Source: Hormoscilla sp. (GTDB lineage: Bacteria > Cyanobacteriota > Cyanobacteriia > Cyanobacteriales > Desertifilaceae). Taken from it: a DNA stretch of 17,983 bases. The stretch covers positions 1 to 17,983 of the forward strand of contig JBFRWI010000149.1 in the NCBI GenBank assembly GCA_051439505.1, written 5' to 3'. Positions 16,513 through 17,983 of the stretch are shown here, one piece after another (positions within the stretch are counted from its first letter, which is position 1; every line of letters begins with the position of its first letter). The notes below the pieces were generated by a model. It ran no database searches. It was not told the origin of the DNA and saw nothing but the letters and a program-made list of their open reading frames with translations. The position numbers and the translations under genes were made by a program.

Positions 16513-17571
16513 CTACTTACCCGATCGCTTGATAATCTCACTAGAAATTTGGTGCAGCGGCAATACCCGATCGGCCAGACCGGCGTTGGCCACCATTCCG
16601 GGCATGCCCCACACCACACTGCTAGCTTCATCCTGTACTAAAATTTGACCGCCAGCTTCCCGAATGCATTGGCAACCAGCAAGTCCATCCTGTCCCATGC
16701 CGGTTAGCACGACGGCGAGGGTCCCCGCACCATAACTGTTCCCTAGGGAACGAAAAAGTACGTCCACCGCAGGGCGACAGGAGTTCTCCGGTGGGCGTTT
16801 GTGGGTGCGAATGCGGACATTTTTCCCTTCTCGCTCCACTACCATGTGGAAATCTCCTGGTGCTAGCCATACTTGCCCCGCCCGGATCTCAGCACCGTCA
16901 AAACCCTCGGCTACCTGGAGTTGGCAGGTTTGTGAGAGTCTCTGTGCTAAGCGTTTTGTGAATAGTGGTGGCATGTGCTGCACGATTACTACCGGTACTG
17001 GGAAATTTGCTGGCAAGGCGGGCAACAGACTAGCGAGGGCGTTGGGACCACCCGTGGATACCCCGATCGCTACTATCTCCACTCGTTCGAGAACTTTTGC
17101 TGGTCCTCTTGCTGGTACTTTCGATAGCGGTGGCCTCACTCGGGTCCGAGGCCGATCGCCCCCCCTAGTACAGAATACTTTAATTTTCCCAATCAGTTGT
17201 TGGCGCAGATACTGCAACGCTGCTTCCTTGCTACTGGTGTTAGCTGGTTTTGTGACATAATCTGTAGCACCTAGGGCGATCGCGTCCAGGGTAATAGAGG
17301 CACCCCGTTCCGTGAGGGCGCTGAACATAATCACCGGCATCTTGGGATAGTTTCTCCGGATCGCCCCCAAGGTTTCCAGACCGTCCATTTCCGGCATCTC
17401 CACATCCAGTACAATCAGGTGGGGATTTACCTGGGGAATTTTGGCCAGGGCGATCCGACCATTTGCGGCCACCCCTACTACCTCTAGTTCTGGATCCTCT
17501 GAAAGGACATTGGATACCATCCGCCGCACTAGAACGGAGTCATCGACAACCAGAATGCGGATTTTTGGCAT
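16513..17571 (-). CDS. cheB: Chemotaxis response regulator methylesterase CheB
   Basis: REC (VVDDS, VLDVEMP, TKP) plus the esterase triad motifs GVSTGGP, VQHMP, LTGMGQDG; also RPAVDVLF and QDEASSVVWGMP. Confidence 0.96.
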   Translation of the reverse strand: MPKIRILVVDDSVLVRRMVSNVLSEDPELEVVGVAANGRIALAKIPQVNPHLIVLDVEMPEMDGLETLGAIRRNYPKMPVIMFSALTERGASITLDAIALGATDYVTKPANTSSKEAALQYLRQQLIGKIKVFCTRGGDRPRTRVRPPLSKVPARGPAKVLERVEIVAIGVSTGGPNALASLLPALPANFPVPVVIVQHMPPLFTKRLAQRLSQTCQLQVAEGFDGAEIRAGQVWLAPGDFHMVVEREGKNVRIRTHKRPPENSCRPAVDVLFRSLGNSYGAGTLAVVLTGMGQDGLAGCQCIREAGGQILVQDEASSVVWGMPGMVANAGLADRVLPLHQISSEIIKRSGK

Positions 17572-17712
17572 GGTTCGTTCATTGCTAATTGTTAATTGTC
17601 AATGGTTAATTGCTGGGGTGGTATTTTTCATGAGTAATGATAATGCCAGAGGAGCGCCCGCAATCTCACCGACGATGCGTTCGATCGCTCTTCATATCAT
17701 ATAGGACGGGGG

Positions 17713-17765
17713 GATTGCTTCGGGGATCGACAAATAGTTTGTTTGTCAGCCCCCCTCGCAATGAC
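17713..17765. repeat. Palindromic dispersed element of the GATTGCTTCG...CTCGCAATGAC type
   Basis: GATTGCTTCG (17713-17722) and CTCGCAATGAC (17755-17765) enclose an inner GGGG..GACAAAT / GTTTGTC..CCCC stem. Confidence 0.55.
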
Positions 17766-17856
17766 AGGTTGTATCCCTTGAAGTATTGGAAGCAGCGGTT
17801 CTAATACTTCGTAGGTTCAAAATTATTTAAAAATGCGCAGGAGAGCCCTACCACAG

Positions 17857-17983
17857 GGGTGTGGTCAAAAGTAGTTGATAGCCGGGTGCATTGATGATAC
17901 ATATAGCCCAGGCCGCCACAAGCATGTAAGAGTTACAGACAGCGGCGCAACGGTTACAGACAGCGGCGCAACGGTTACAGACA
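17857..17983 (+). mobile_element. Start of a second element of the same TIR family (truncated by the window edge)
   Basis: GGGTGTGGTCAAAAGTAGTTGATAG (17857-17881) is the exact reverse complement of 6655-6679. Confidence 0.7.
17932..17983. repeat. 21 bp perfect tandem repeat, at least 2.5 copies, runs off the edge
   Basis: GTTACAGACAGCGGCGCAACG at 17932 and 17953, partial third copy at 17974. Confidence 0.9.

Noticed and set aside
16461..16631. N-terminal extension of the antitoxin ORF (134 aa in the track)
   Set aside because: Overlaps cheB in another frame; a good RBS and ATG exist at 16460.
9800..17704. Plus-strand ORFs across the che cluster (e.g. 14926..15453, 16799..17260, 13394..13855)
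   Set aside because: Antisense to well-supported genes, with no recognisable domains.
6656..17881. Composite transposon bounded by the two identical TIRs and carrying the che cluster
   Set aside because: The TIRs face outward relative to the intervening DNA, and the 6656 TIR already pairs with 6154 and has a TSD.
17932..17983. 21 bp repeat as a CRISPR array
   Set aside because: Head-to-tail with no spacers.

Overview
Cyanobacterial chromosomal DNA, judged from about 15 HIP1 GCGATCGC sites, heptamer STRR-like repeats and gene content. Left: the 5' part of a large minus-strand DUF4347/CSLREA/GGGI-repeat surface protein (absent from the ORF track), divergent from a housekeeping run of GT4 glycosyltransferase, rsfS, CGLD27/Ycf36, asparaginase II and initiator tRNA-Met. 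Next is a 1.5 kb non-coding mosaic of GTAG-type REP-like hairpins and a 526 bp MITE-like element with 24 bp TIRs and a 9 bp target duplication. It is followed by a YcjF/DUF697 GTPase-like gene and a DUF29-like gene flanked by relics of a tandem array. The right half is a co-oriented minus-strand signalling cluster: cheB, antitoxin, frameshifted PIN toxin, a degenerate REC-CheC fusion, cheR, a PAS kinase with a Cph1-type transmitter but no photosensor, an Rcp-type regulator, a REC-histidine kinase, a CheY-like gene and cheC. This is unusual because the well-studied pilus chemosensory systems of cyanobacteria generally lack CheB, CheR and CheC, and it is the most interesting candidate system here. 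The window ends in a second copy of the MITE TIR and a 21 bp tandem repeat. All calls come from reading motifs by eye; no searches were run.
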